A stretch of DNA of 64,000 nt from Bacteroidaceae bacterium (GCA_017442855.1 JAFSPM010000049.1:17490-81489); one strand, 5' to 3'. Shown: positions 8,467 to 19,241, counted from the stretch's first letter. Notes: generated by a model from the letters alone, not told the origin. Program-made: numbers and translations.

Positions 8467-10956
8467 TCAAGGCAGTTCTTTCAGTAACTTGCGATAAGCA
8501 CCATAAGCAACACGCTCAATCACTTTGTCTTTCAGAAGTCTGTCAATGCAACGCGAGGCACTGGATTGTGAGATGTTAAACGCATCCATCAGCTGTTGCG
8601 TCTTAAACTCGTCTTGCAACTTCCGGTAGCATTCTTCATAGCGTGAAGTACGGCGACGCACAACAAACTCCTTGTTCTGGTCGGCATAATAGTTAAACGC
8701 CATCTCACCGAAAAAGAACTGTTGACTGCGGTACTGAATCTCCATCACAAGTCGGCACAGACGCTTGTCGGTATTATCCATCGTCAAGGACTTATTCTCC
8801 TGCCACTCATCCCAATGACGCATCAGGATAAAGGGTAAAGAGATACCAATGCCATAGTAAGGGATGCGTTTCAGCAAGGAACGGTCGGCCTTGTCGCCAT
8901 TAAACTGGGCTATCTCCATATGGTTCGACTGCCAGTCGAAGGTTTCATCATTCAACGGCTCAATAGGAATCTCACCCTCTACCTTGTCAAGGCGGAAAGC
9001 CCACTCCTTCAGTGTTTCGTTGGCTTTCAAATCCACCTGTTGGTAGCGTTCCGCCATGCCTGTGTCGGGCAATGGAATCACTGCCAGTCTGGTACTCATA
9101 CCCGTGCCGTAGTTACGCTGGTTCACCTTGCGGTGCAGGGCGTATGGCGTGCCTGTGTAGATGAAGTTCCAGAACACGTTGAACATGCCCGTCACGCTCT
9201 CCTGGTTGGCATACATCTGACCGTCCTGTTCGTTGTGAAACGCCTTCAGCTCCAACACCTCACGGTCTTTCCAATCGCCACCCTTGTTGTTCTTCGTCAC
9301 GTTGTCCAACTCAGAGTCGAACGAGAACATGTGCAGGTTGATTTCCTTGCCTTGCACCATCTCCTTGGCAGCCAACATGTGACGGATAAACTCGCCCGTT
9401 GCCGTGCGTGCCGGGTGTACGCGTATGCCCACTACAGGCTTCTTCAAGGCTTCGCCCTTCTGTGCCTTGGTCGAGGTACTGCGCTCGGTACGACCCTCTT
9501 TATAGCGGTTCACGGCATCGATGCCCAGCTGGTCAGCTTGAATAATCGGTTCTATAATCTTAAAATAAAACTTCTCAATCACATTCTTTCCAGAGCCAGG
9601 ATCACCGATAATGAAGATACTGTAGTTCAGCCTACGCATAATCTCGGGGTCATACCAGAAATGATACCACGCACGAGTCATCAGTGTGCCAAACATGGCA
9701 CCACTGGAGAACAATACGGCAGGTAATTTATGCGGATGCACATTGATGAACAGTTCCTTCATGCAGGGAAAGTGGTCGGCAAGTGCCTGTAAGTCATCTG
9801 CCCATTTATCCAATGGCAGCTGTGCATAGATGTCTTCTTCTTTTTTGGACGGAGAACTGGCAATTGATGATTGAGCATTATCCCCTGTGGAGTTAGGCGT
9901 TATATGATCATGATAGCTTTTACCGGTGACCGACAGGATAGCTGCCTGCATCTCTTTCGAAGGGTAGGGGTTCAGACTTTTCTTCTCACGGTCGGAGAGG
10001 TTGGAAGCTGCATCCTTAACGGTGGCTTCCACATTCTCATTACGTTCGTTGATGATTTCCTGCACCCACGACTGTGCCCGTAACACTGCCAATGCCTCGG
10101 TTTTGTCGCCATCGAGCATAATCAACAGGTCGGAAGCCAGTTTCAAGCTCTCCTTGTGGCGGTTGCTGTCTTCCTTGCAAGGTAGCTTTGCAGCAAAACG
10201 CTGGTTGATGATCTGTTGCAGGTCGTGACCACGCCATATCACTGGCAGCGCCACTTGCTCAGCAGCCACCTGCCCGCCCTTTGCAGCTGATGGTCTATCT
10301 GTCTGACGGGCCACGTCATCAGTGTTAGTAGCACCACTATTGCCAGCCCTGTATTGATCATTGTATTTCTTGCCAAATTCTTCGTTTTCATACGTAAACA
10401 ATTTTTCTTCGTTAATACTGATAATGTCATTTGCTGTCGTTATGAAGGCGCCACGACAACCATCCTTGCATGACTCATCGAGTTGTAAATCCAGTTTGTT
10501 GGAAAAGTCTTTTTGATTATCAATTAGATTACCTACTTCAACATCTGCCGTAAACACCACCTTCAAACCGTGTCCAGATGGTGTTACATACACCAGCAAT
10601 ATCCTGGCTTTGTCCTCTTCCGACAGACGGCTATAGGCTGTTTCCCATAGCTGACGCACATCCCCTTTCAGGTGGTCGTAGTCGGCTACCACCAGTCCAT
10701 TCAGGTTGACATGCTTCTGGAGGCGCCAGCATCCTTTCACGTTCTCTTTATTCTCCGACACGTCAAAGGTACAGATAAATACCATCAATGGCAGACTCCT
10801 CTTCTTCATTTCGTAGGCAGGCTTGTTGCCTTTCTCGTATTCCTCACGGGCTTCCCTTACCGTCCGAGCCACCTTTGACGACCTGACTATTGTCCAGAAC
10901 TGCTGGCGATTTACTGTTACTGTTGGCTTATCATACCACTGTTGAACGCAAAACAT
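8467..10956 (-). CDS. BT4734/VirE N-terminal (AEP primase-like) domain + DUF3987-like P-loop ATPase/helicase + C-terminal HTH
   Basis: Motifs KKRSLP, GLVVADYDH (DxD), TPSGHGLK, DESCKD..R; Walker A GDPGSGK; wHTH-like C-terminus (SQSSASRCIDRL..DKVIERVAYGAY). Confidence 0.8.
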   Translation of the reverse strand: MFCVQQWYDKPTVTVNRQQFWTIVRSSKVARTVREAREEYEKGNKPAYEMKKRSLPLMVFICTFDVSENKENVKGCWRLQKHVNLNGLVVADYDHLKGDVRQLWETAYSRLSEEDKARILLVYVTPSGHGLKVVFTADVEVGNLIDNQKDFSNKLDLQLDESCKDGCRGAFITTANDIISINEEKLFTYENEEFGKKYNDQYRAGNSGATNTDDVARQTDRPSAAKGGQVAAEQVALPVIWRGHDLQQIINQRFAAKLPCKEDSNRHKESLKLASDLLIMLDGDKTEALAVLRAQSWVQEIINERNENVEATVKDAASNLSDREKKSLNPYPSKEMQAAILSVTGKSYHDHITPNSTGDNAQSSIASSPSKKEEDIYAQLPLDKWADDLQALADHFPCMKELFINVHPHKLPAVLFSSGAMFGTLMTRAWYHFWYDPEIMRRLNYSIFIIGDPGSGKNVIEKFYFKIIEPIIQADQLGIDAVNRYKEGRTERSTSTKAQKGEALKKPVVGIRVHPARTATGEFIRHMLAAKEMVQGKEINLHMFSFDSELDNVTKNNKGGDWKDREVLELKAFHNEQDGQMYANQESVTGMFNVFWNFIYTGTPYALHRKVNQRNYGTGMSTRLAVIPLPDTGMAERYQQVDLKANETLKEWAFRLDKVEGEIPIEPLNDETFDWQSNHMEIAQFNGDKADRSLLKRIPYYGIGISLPFILMRHWDEWQENKSLTMDNTDKRLCRLVMEIQYRSQQFFFGEMAFNYYADQNKEFVVRRRTSRYEECYRKLQDEFKTQQLMDAFNISQSSASRCIDRLLKDKVIERVAYGAYRKLLKELP

Positions 10957-11373
10957 TTGTCAATCTCGCTGGTTAAAGTGTACAACTCCCTCCTTATCTC
11001 CATCAGTCCTTTACTCTTGATGCTGATCCATGCTGTGATGGCACCGTCTTTCTTGGTGAAACACACCTTCAGGTTGTCCTTGTTAATCAAGTACGTGCCC
11101 TTGGGCATGGTTGGCTTCTTCACCTGTATGTCCTTAGTCAGCTTTTCCAGTTCCTGCTGGAAGAAGGCCGCCTTGTCGGCCACATCATCCGGACATTTCA
11201 GTTCTACGCACATCAGCGGGTTCTTGCCTGTGGTGGCGTAGCGCTTTGAGCGTCCCACCTTCTTCACATCCTTCTGCGAGGGCGTACCCTCCGGCTTGTG
11301 GTGTCACTTCGATTGAGTTGTCGTCAAACACCCTGGTGTTCGACTTGAAACTTTTTACTACTTTCTTCATCAT
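10917..11373 (-). pseudogene. Small basic hypothetical protein, apparently split by a frameshift
   Basis: ORF 11185-11373 (ATG after a purine/A-rich leader) overlaps ORF 10917-11267, whose frame stays open up to 11303. Joined, they read MMKKVVKSFK..EVTP/KPEGTPSQKDVKKVGRSKRY. Confidence 0.5.
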
Positions 11374-11444
11374 GATTAATTGTTTGATTCTAACGCCCCT
11401 TCCTTTATTCTTTTCTCCTTATTTTCCCCTTTTCCTTTCTTTTT

Positions 11445-11512
11445 CACTGTATGGATGTGCCGCCTACTGACTGCAAGCAGATATGTAGGCTACACACATC
11501 CATACAGCAGTG
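11445..11512. other. Long intergenic stem-loop
   Basis: CTGTATGGATGTG/CACATCCATACAG, GCCTAC/GTAGGC and CTGC/GCAG nested arms. Confidence 0.7.
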
Positions 11513-11515
11513 TTT

Positions 11516-11809
11516 TTACTTGACATTGATTTTGTCGATATAGATGGTTGTCGCCTGCATCGCCTCGCCCGTCTGCTGCGAGTTCCATTCGCGTACCACC
11601 ATCGAGCATTGCACCCGATATTCGCGTGTGGGGTCGAACTTCGGACAACTCACAGCTTTCTCGCCCGTTATTTCCCCTAAGAATGTGTCGATGCCGTCGG
11701 TCATCTTCAGGGTCACGGCATTGATGACCTTCTGCTCACCTGTTTTCTTGTCCACATACTGGCGTGTGGACAGCGCACTCTGATTCAAAATTCTTACTGT
11801 ACTTTCCAT
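11516..11809 (-). CDS. Small beta-rich protein, possible OB-fold ssDNA-binding protein
   Basis: 97 aa with alternating beta-strand pattern (RQYVDKKTGEQK, DGIDTF.GE, VREW) and a position upstream of the primase-helicase. The fold is inferred. Confidence 0.55.
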   Translation of the reverse strand: MESTVRILNQSALSTRQYVDKKTGEQKVINAVTLKMTDGIDTFLGEITGEKAVSCPKFDPTREYRVQCSMVVREWNSQQTGEAMQATTIYIDKINVK

Positions 11810-12019
11810 TTTGATTTGTTTTTTAGAAAAGCCCATCCTTCTCCTTTTTGCTTTTTCCTTCGTCGTTTATCGCAGTCCTTTTGTTGCGACAGTGCAAATA
11901 TCGACAGAAAAGGGATGGCAACCATCTAATTACTTTGCATCGTAAATTACAAAGTATATTTCAGCTGGTTCATCGTAGATTTCACGACGAAAACAGGTGT
12001 TTTCTGTATGGAAAGAAAT

Positions 12020-12475
12020 TTATTTGATGCCGAGTGCCCCCATGAATTTCTCAGCTATCATTCTTTGGCGTTCAAATATCCTGTCGCCCTTCAAGGGTTC
12101 GAACGTTTGCCAGTGGTGATAGGGCTTTTGCAAGATACCGCTTGCTGCCAGTGGCTTTTGAATGGATTGGTAATCGGGTGCGAAAGTGGTGTGTGTGCCG
12201 CGCATGAGGTGGTTGATTCTTTTGAAGAAAGCGGCTATCTCTGAAGGGTAATCCAAATAATCTACCAGTATGCGATAGATGGCCACCCACTGTGATCTTA
12301 CCGAGAAGTAAGGCATGACCGATATTATGGCATCCCTTACAACTGTATCGCTGAGCAATCTCTGTGTTTGCTCCATCCTCTTGTCTTCTATCACGATATC
12401 CCTCAAGCATTGCTGCATGCTGTAGAACATCGCTACCAACTCAGGCTTATCACCCTTCTCAATTGTCACTCTCAT
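12020..12475 (-). CDS. Hypothetical protein (island-associated)
   Basis: 151 aa ORF with its own TAACTTTG promoter box (minus strand, 12590-12597). Confidence 0.65.
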   Translation of the reverse strand: MRVTIEKGDKPELVAMFYSMQQCLRDIVIEDKRMEQTQRLLSDTVVRDAIISVMPYFSVRSQWVAIYRILVDYLDYPSEIAAFFKRINHLMRGTHTTFAPDYQSIQKPLAASGILQKPYHHWQTFEPLKGDRIFERQRMIAEKFMGALGIK

Positions 12476-12610
12476 CTGTTTACATAATTAGAGAGTTGGG
12501 AGTAAAAGGGCTGCCCTGCGTTTTTTGAATGGGGTGTTCAATACGAAAGATTCACCACAACTAACCGACTCCTGCGGCAAATTGCGGCGCAAAGTTAAGA
12601 AAAAAAAAAC

Positions 12611-13786
12611 TCACATATCTTTTTTATAAATAGTAGCTGGCACGTCTATATAATCAGGATTTGACAAGCCCACCTCGGAATTAAGGTAACTGGGGTCACA
12701 CAATACATAGTTAAAACCATCCAAGGCGATGAAATCACCTGGCACCTCGTCGTTAAACCTTATACCTGTGCTGGCATGGCCTGGATATTCCAGAATGATG
12801 GTATCCAATCCCAGTATCTTTTCTACCAGATAGGTAAAGATAATCGACCTGTCCTCACAGTCATTTAATGAATAGTAGAACACTTCCTCCTTATAATAAG
12901 ACTTCTCAAACCCGAAGTTTTCATTATCTGTCATATAATTAAACGCCGTATGCATGAACTTCAGCAGCATGTTCACTGCCTCCACCTCGTTCTTGCCCTC
13001 CATCGCATTCCTCAGAGGCGGCACCAACTGCTGCTCTACATCGGGGTCAAGGGGCTGCCTGGCATAGAATGAAAGGTCTATTACCTGCGGAATCTCGGCA
13101 TAGAAGTCCATCAAGTTCTTGTTTACACTTACCTCCGTAATCATTGACAGATCTGTGGCGGAATTGAAGATTTGGGGTGGCAGGTAGTTTTTCTCAAACT
13201 TTATCAATGATGAGTTGGTAAAATCAAGCGCATTCAGTTCCACCTGGTTCTTAGCATTATTAGAAAGAGATGGAAGGATTCGTCCTTGCATGTCGTGCGG
13301 CACGTCAGTATCAAACAGATAGTAACGCTTGCCCTCGTATGACATGAACGGAATGGAAGCTAACCGTTCTTCCGACGTACAGGCAACAAACAAATGGCGA
13401 TTGTTCAGACAAGCCACCTTGGCTTCATACCCCAATTGGTTCAGCAGGTAGGCTTCTAACACAGCCGCCTCGTTCTTTCCCAACACATTAAGGACTACCA
13501 GCTGCTCGCTTATTTTCGTCACCAATTTGTATATGGCCCATCCGTTCAGGTTCATGCTTTCCCGTAGGTTACTGCATACCGCAACAATAGGCTGTATTTT
13601 GGCTTTTGTCAATTGTTTCCATGCCTTGCTAACCCTATAATCCGACACCTCGGTTATGGTAAACTGAAGTGACTTGTCCATGGGAAATTCCACTGGAGTC
13701 CCATAGAAAAAAACACTTATATTCTGACCCATTGTAAAAGTCCATAGGCCAAATATCATTAGCAATGACACAAGCAACTTCTTCAT
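12611..13786 (-). CDS. Secreted protein with transglutaminase-like Cys-His-Asp triad
   Basis: Signal peptide; NDCEDRS...YPGHASTGI...CDPSY. Confidence 0.7.
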   Translation of the reverse strand: MKKLLVSLLMIFGLWTFTMGQNISVFFYGTPVEFPMDKSLQFTITEVSDYRVSKAWKQLTKAKIQPIVAVCSNLRESMNLNGWAIYKLVTKISEQLVVLNVLGKNEAAVLEAYLLNQLGYEAKVACLNNRHLFVACTSEERLASIPFMSYEGKRYYLFDTDVPHDMQGRILPSLSNNAKNQVELNALDFTNSSLIKFEKNYLPPQIFNSATDLSMITEVSVNKNLMDFYAEIPQVIDLSFYARQPLDPDVEQQLVPPLRNAMEGKNEVEAVNMLLKFMHTAFNYMTDNENFGFEKSYYKEEVFYYSLNDCEDRSIIFTYLVEKILGLDTIILEYPGHASTGIRFNDEVPGDFIALDGFNYVLCDPSYLNSEVGLSNPDYIDVPATIYKKDM

Positions 13787-13787
13787 T

Positions 13788-16700
13788 CTATTTTAACACC
13801 TGATTCATTCTTTCATAAACAACCTGTCTAGCCTCTTCCATTTTCTGAGCGGTTATGCGTGACAGTTCCACACCACCATCCTTAAATAATTCTTTATACT
13901 TCCTTTTCAATGTGATTTTATAATGGAAGTCCTTGGGCTTGCCTGTCAGGTCAAGACCAAAATCAATGGGTATGGGAGATTCAAGCATGTCAATATGATA
14001 GTCATACATCATGTCAAGGTTATTCGTTCCTCCAGCCATCACCTCATAACGGTCCCATTTTATAATAAAAGGAATAACTTCTATCACGCTTTCATTCAGT
14101 ATAAAATTCACTTCTATTTTATCTATCAGGTTGCGTTTCTTGTTCTTAAATCTCAGCTTACTTGCAATCTCATCAAAAGTGGTGTTGTCAATAAGTGTCA
14201 AGTTTTGACCTTTTAAAGTACCAGCAACCTTGGCTGATGGCAATATTGATTTCATCTCAGAATTTAAGGAACTTTGACCTGTCAGGTGGACATCTGCTAT
14301 ACCATCCAGAGAATTAATCATTGGAAACATTGAACTCACAGACGGCACAACCCGATGAAGTTGGGCAAGAAGAACATCCCGGCAATTTAGGTCGAATATT
14401 GCATATAGCTGATTCCGTTTCCTACTATCATAAACAACATCAACTTCAGCTTTACCCAAATTCGTTTTCATATTTAATGTTGCGCGAGCCATTCTGTCAT
14501 CCACTTCAACATTACCGCTTACCTGGTGAAATTCTGCCTCCTCATATATAGCCCTCTCGATATCCAATTGTATATCTAAAGTTAGGTTAGCAGGTATATA
14601 TATGGGGTATTTCTTTTTTGCCTTACTATAATCATTTGCTGTCAGTGATTCTTCCATCTCTTTTATGGAATGTTGCATGGCTATAGAATCTGTTGATTCT
14701 TGCCGCATAGCCTCACCTGAAAGAAAAGTTGAAGAAAAATCGTCAAAATCAATATTGTCAGCCATTAGACGTAAACTCCCCTCAATCCGCTGCGTGTTCA
14801 TGACACTGTCATTTTCAGAAATAAGGGCACCTGACAACAACATCTTAGTATTGCCTGATTGAACATTCAGTCTGCTCAAAATTAACTGATTATTCCGTAT
14901 CCCAACACGTGATTCACTGATATCTATTCTTTGGGGGAAGTAAGAGTTCACAATGGATGCTTTATTGAAATCAACCTGTCCTTTCACCTGCCAGTTTTTT
15001 AAAACAAGCTCATTGCCAGCGGAAGCGGAGGAAGGTTGGAACTCTGAAATCAGATTTAGCGTTGACAGCTGTATGGCCAGTTTGTTTTTGCCATCTATTA
15101 ACCTCACGTCATCAGCTTTTAGGACTGCAGCACCCTCCATCTTTTTCCGGTTTAGAGAATAAGCCTTAGAGCCTGCATGAAACTCACCACTCGCTACTGC
15201 TATTGCAGTTTTAGAGCCTAATTGTCCTCTTAGTCTGTTCCAATTTAAATGTGCAGTTATGGGCGTTACCATGCTTGAATCATTGTTCAACACTGTATTG
15301 GCGCGTAAAGCAAGTTTTGATATCACGCAAGATATGGTATCCCCATAAAGTAAGCTTAAAGTATCTATGACAGCATCACACGACAAAACCTCATCTGCTT
15401 CGATAAAATCACTCCTATTTTTCTTATACCCGACTGACATGTCAATATCTTTGGCATAAAGATTGAGTTTGTACTTGTCGCTTTGTGCCATCAGATTGTC
15501 TGTTCTTAGTTTTCCTTCAGCCCACAAACGATGAAAATTCAACTCTTTTAAGTCATTCAGATTAAAGGCAAAAGAAAGGTCAGAATCAACCTTACCACTC
15601 ATGTTGATGTCCACCGAATCAAACAGTTCAGTTCCAACACGTTGGAAGTCGATATTACATGCTAAATCACCTGTTATGAATGGATTTCGTGTAAAATCGT
15701 TTATACGCCCATCTACATACACCCTACTATCCATACCACTGAGTCTCATATCCGATATTTCAACAAAACAGGAATCTGGCATATACCTATTATAATTCAT
15801 GTTAAACGCAAGGTTTATTGCGTCTATACCTTGCTTTATGCGTTTCCTGTATATGCTACCAGCATTGATATTACCCTTCAGCTTTACATTTGGCATCTCT
15901 CCTTTGCCAAATTTTCCAGACAGTTCTACATTACACGATGTATTGCCATCTATCACATACTGATCCTTTGGCATCTTTAAGGGCAAATAGTCAATTAAAT
16001 CACCCAGATCAGATGTCATTAGGATTGCTTTTAAATCAACAAATGGCGTTTCGTCTTTGGCAATATTCGACACTTTTCCTTCCAGCTGAAACGGAAACTG
16101 ATCTACAAGTAGGGTTAGTCCATCTGCAGTTATGTCATGGAAATTTTCGGTAGCCTGACAACGTCCGTTCATTGTCACCATTAATTGGCGATTAGCAAAT
16201 GGAATATCACCTTCAATGCTCAATAGCGCATTAAAATCTTCTATGTTAAATGAAGGGTGTTGCGCATTCAAGTCTCCCCTAAGACGAAGATTCATGTTAT
16301 CAAGATGATAAATAGCGGACTTGATGCTATCAACGACAGTAATATTCAAATTATCAAATCGGACTTCATTAATATTGAATCCCATTTGTTTGTTTCTATG
16401 GTCTCCTGTCTTGGTATGCAAATTGATCTTCCGGCTTAAATCAGCATGTGCGCTAACCTCCTCCAGAAACACATCCTCAATGATTAGTTGTTTTCCTGTT
16501 ATCAGCTTTATCAGGTTGATCTTGCCGCCAAAAGTCTTAAATCCTATATTTAACGCTTCATTTGCATAATCACTATCCATATCATCAGGGGGTACTGCCA
16601 CCATACCTTGTTTAACCACCACACTGACAGAAGGCCATTCCGTAAGATAATCAAGACCTATCCTCTCACAATCAAACCTAACGTTGGTTCGCTCGCTCAC

Positions 16701-16841
16701 TTCTTTTTTCACCAGACTCATTAACACATCAGGTGTCAATACATAGAAACGTAGTACCAAGTAGGTTATTGCCGACAGTAACATCACTACTGCCGACAAC
16801 AAACCCACAATGAACGAGACAACTCTAATGATCTTGATCAT
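13788..16841 (-). CDS. AsmA-like membrane-anchored beta-rich protein
   Basis: N-terminal TM helix, ~1000 aa of beta repeats, C-terminus IEVIPF....RY....GG.NNLDM.YDYHI. Confidence 0.7.
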   Translation of the reverse strand: MIKIIRVVSFIVGLLSAVVMLLSAITYLVLRFYVLTPDVLMSLVKKEVSERTNVRFDCERIGLDYLTEWPSVSVVVKQGMVAVPPDDMDSDYANEALNIGFKTFGGKINLIKLITGKQLIIEDVFLEEVSAHADLSRKINLHTKTGDHRNKQMGFNINEVRFDNLNITVVDSIKSAIYHLDNMNLRLRGDLNAQHPSFNIEDFNALLSIEGDIPFANRQLMVTMNGRCQATENFHDITADGLTLLVDQFPFQLEGKVSNIAKDETPFVDLKAILMTSDLGDLIDYLPLKMPKDQYVIDGNTSCNVELSGKFGKGEMPNVKLKGNINAGSIYRKRIKQGIDAINLAFNMNYNRYMPDSCFVEISDMRLSGMDSRVYVDGRINDFTRNPFITGDLACNIDFQRVGTELFDSVDINMSGKVDSDLSFAFNLNDLKELNFHRLWAEGKLRTDNLMAQSDKYKLNLYAKDIDMSVGYKKNRSDFIEADEVLSCDAVIDTLSLLYGDTISCVISKLALRANTVLNNDSSMVTPITAHLNWNRLRGQLGSKTAIAVASGEFHAGSKAYSLNRKKMEGAAVLKADDVRLIDGKNKLAIQLSTLNLISEFQPSSASAGNELVLKNWQVKGQVDFNKASIVNSYFPQRIDISESRVGIRNNQLILSRLNVQSGNTKMLLSGALISENDSVMNTQRIEGSLRLMADNIDFDDFSSTFLSGEAMRQESTDSIAMQHSIKEMEESLTANDYSKAKKKYPIYIPANLTLDIQLDIERAIYEEAEFHQVSGNVEVDDRMARATLNMKTNLGKAEVDVVYDSRKRNQLYAIFDLNCRDVLLAQLHRVVPSVSSMFPMINSLDGIADVHLTGQSSLNSEMKSILPSAKVAGTLKGQNLTLIDNTTFDEIASKLRFKNKKRNLIDKIEVNFILNESVIEVIPFIIKWDRYEVMAGGTNNLDMMYDYHIDMLESPIPIDFGLDLTGKPKDFHYKITLKRKYKELFKDGGVELSRITAQKMEEARQVVYERMNQVLK

Positions 16842-16860
16842 CTTTCTCTACAATATTTTA

Positions 16861-18225
16861 TCAGAAACAAATACCAGCACCAATAACATGGCGAGATTTC
16901 TTTATCAAGTCTGCATCATCCTTTGAAACAGCAAAGCGATACTGGAAAGTATATCTTAACACTACGGGACCAATCTTACCCAACAGACCTATTTCGGGAG
17001 AAATCGCACTATGCACTTTCAAGGTAGGCTTTTCATACACTTTCCCTTCCACCTTCTCATCAGTAGCATTCTCCACGTATGAGTTCTTGACGTATGCTGA
17101 CCCATCCTCGTTCTCATACGTTCCGATGCCTGTAAAGCCAGGACCAAAGAAAATCCACACAGGTGCCTGTTTGACAGGACATATTGTAAAGCCGGCTGAA
17201 ATATTAAGCTCTGCATCTGAAACCTTGTCAAAATTGCTTCTCATAACTTCGAATATGTCCGTATTAAAGCTTAGGCTGAAATAACTGCCGGTTTTACGCG
17301 TCTTGTATGAGCCAACGGTAATACCAATTGGAGCACTCCCGCTATACTCGTATGCAATGACAGCAGATTTTTGATTTCTGTTTTGCTGCAGCAGTTTTAT
17401 CCTCTTCACCTGTTCGCTGGCAAGCAGGGAGTTACTGCAATTCTGATCAATAACCCTTTGATAGAGTTCCAATGCTTTATCATATTCACCATTCTCCTTG
17501 TACACCTCAGCATTGTTGTAATATTGCGTGCAGTCATTACCAGACAATCTCCTGGCCTCATAGCGTTTGTTGGACGCATTGGAATCTTGTGGATTTAGCT
17601 GCATGATCTTACCGTATAAATCGTCCGCTTTCGAGTAATCCAACAAATCAAAAGCATCGGCAGCCAGCTTTTGCCATGTTTCAATGCTGTCAATGTTGGC
17701 AATCAGCTGCTCCAGGTTATTATCTGCAGGGCAGTCAGAACACTCCTTGGCTATGTTGTACTGCTCTCTTGCCTCGGTGTACATGGAATTCTGGAAGAAC
17801 TCAATACCACGTTTCCTATACTCATAATAACAGCCATAAACAAAATCCGCATCCGGATCCAATAATTGATACTGCTTTAGTTCCTTTGGTTCCAAGGTTG
17901 CATCCAGTGTTATGGGAGCGAAGTCATCAGTACGAATGGTAAGTTTTCTACCACGATACCTCCTGCCTGTATTAAATTTGAGGTAATAGAAGGTTTCCTC
18001 GCCTTTTTCTTCTTTATTGTAAACATCAACTGTTTTGTCATGAGTTGATTCAAAAGATAGTTGCATATTGGAAGGGCAAGAGATTACTATGCCTGCTTCA
18101 GTATCTTTTCCAGAGAACACATTAAGCGAAGTCGTCACATCTTTGACCTCCAATGTACGTTGAGCAAATGCAGTGCCAGCTACAGTTAACAACAAGGCCA
18201 GCAGAGTAAAAAAACGGTTTTTCAT
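16861..18225 (-). CDS. TPR-containing outer-membrane protein with C-terminal beta-barrel
   Basis: Signal peptide, TPR helices (YSKADDLYGKIMQLNP; GEYDKALELYQRVI), barrel-like C-terminus ending GAGICF. Confidence 0.7.
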   Translation of the reverse strand: MKNRFFTLLALLLTVAGTAFAQRTLEVKDVTTSLNVFSGKDTEAGIVISCPSNMQLSFESTHDKTVDVYNKEEKGEETFYYLKFNTGRRYRGRKLTIRTDDFAPITLDATLEPKELKQYQLLDPDADFVYGCYYEYRKRGIEFFQNSMYTEAREQYNIAKECSDCPADNNLEQLIANIDSIETWQKLAADAFDLLDYSKADDLYGKIMQLNPQDSNASNKRYEARRLSGNDCTQYYNNAEVYKENGEYDKALELYQRVIDQNCSNSLLASEQVKRIKLLQQNRNQKSAVIAYEYSGSAPIGITVGSYKTRKTGSYFSLSFNTDIFEVMRSNFDKVSDAELNISAGFTICPVKQAPVWIFFGPGFTGIGTYENEDGSAYVKNSYVENATDEKVEGKVYEKPTLKVHSAISPEIGLLGKIGPVVLRYTFQYRFAVSKDDADLIKKSRHVIGAGICF

Positions 18226-18245
18226 ATTCTTAATTTTTAACGTTA

Positions 18246-19241
18246 TTAGTCTTCTATCAATGATCTCACTATGTCAAAGTCGCCCAAACTGAAAATCTCA
18301 TCACGAGTAAGCACCCTTCCTTCCAGTTTCTCTGGTTGCCAAGTGCGTACTTGTATCAAAGGGTTTAACTCATCCTGAAAGTCAATCATCAGGAAAACAA
18401 AGCCCACATCTCTGTATCGGTCACTATTCCACTGCTGCTTTAGGGTCACGCCATAAATATCCGTGAGCTTAGGGTGCTGTATTACCTCCACCTCGTCAAA
18501 CAACACGTTGATGTATTTGTTACTGGCAAACACCTTTTTCAGGTTGGCAATATATTCCGCTTTGGTTCGTTTCTGATAAACAACACGTTCACGGCCCAGC
18601 GACTGGAGGGCACGATCGCTCTTGGGCTTCTCACGGATAACCTTTCCTGTAATGATCAATGCATTGTCGGAGAAAACAGACTCAATATACTTTAAGTCTT
18701 TGCGGTTATAAGATGTCCTGTAGTTCTCAACAAAGTCAACGATCACCTGTCTTCTATAAAGATCTTGTACTGATTCATGCTCATCCATTATCTCCTTATA
18801 TTTATTCTCGTCTATGGATATCGAAATGTCATCAATCTGTCCTACAGGCGTAAATGTGAATACCAGCTCTTGTTCCTGACTGTCATCATCAGCTTCAAGC
18901 ATCACTACAGGCACATTTCGCACTTGATATCCTGATGATGTCTGAATACAGATTTCCTCTATTTTTGAGACAGGACAAGACATCGGACTTGTTTTCCACA
19001 TCTCACTCAATATTTTTTGAGCCTCAGATGTCAGTTCTTTCTTCACATTCGGCTTGCCACCATTCATGACAGCACTATTACATGCTATCAGGAAATTTGA
19101 AAGGTTGCGTTCTATAGATGACTTAAGTTGTGCCTTTCCTTCCAAACCATCGGTTATTTCAACTTGCGTAGTCTCAAGCTGTGCATATAAGTATCCTGTA
19201 GAGACAACACATAATAAAAATAATATCGCCAGTTTTTTCAT
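18246..19241 (-). CDS. Secreted hypothetical protein, C-terminal NTF2-like domain
   Basis: Signal peptide; FVENYRTSYNRKDLKYIESVFSDNALIITG pattern. Confidence 0.65.
   Translation of the reverse strand: MKKLAILFLLCVVSTGYLYAQLETTQVEITDGLEGKAQLKSSIERNLSNFLIACNSAVMNGGKPNVKKELTSEAQKILSEMWKTSPMSCPVSKIEEICIQTSSGYQVRNVPVVMLEADDDSQEQELVFTFTPVGQIDDISISIDENKYKEIMDEHESVQDLYRRQVIVDFVENYRTSYNRKDLKYIESVFSDNALIITGKVIREKPKSDRALQSLGRERVVYQKRTKAEYIANLKKVFASNKYINVLFDEVEVIQHPKLTDIYGVTLKQQWNSDRYRDVGFVFLMIDFQDELNPLIQVRTWQPEKLEGRVLTRDEIFSLGDFDIVRSLIED

Noticed and set aside
11920-11990. CATCGTArATT direct repeats (11938, 11971) as an operator
   Set aside because: Only two short imperfect copies; too weak to call.
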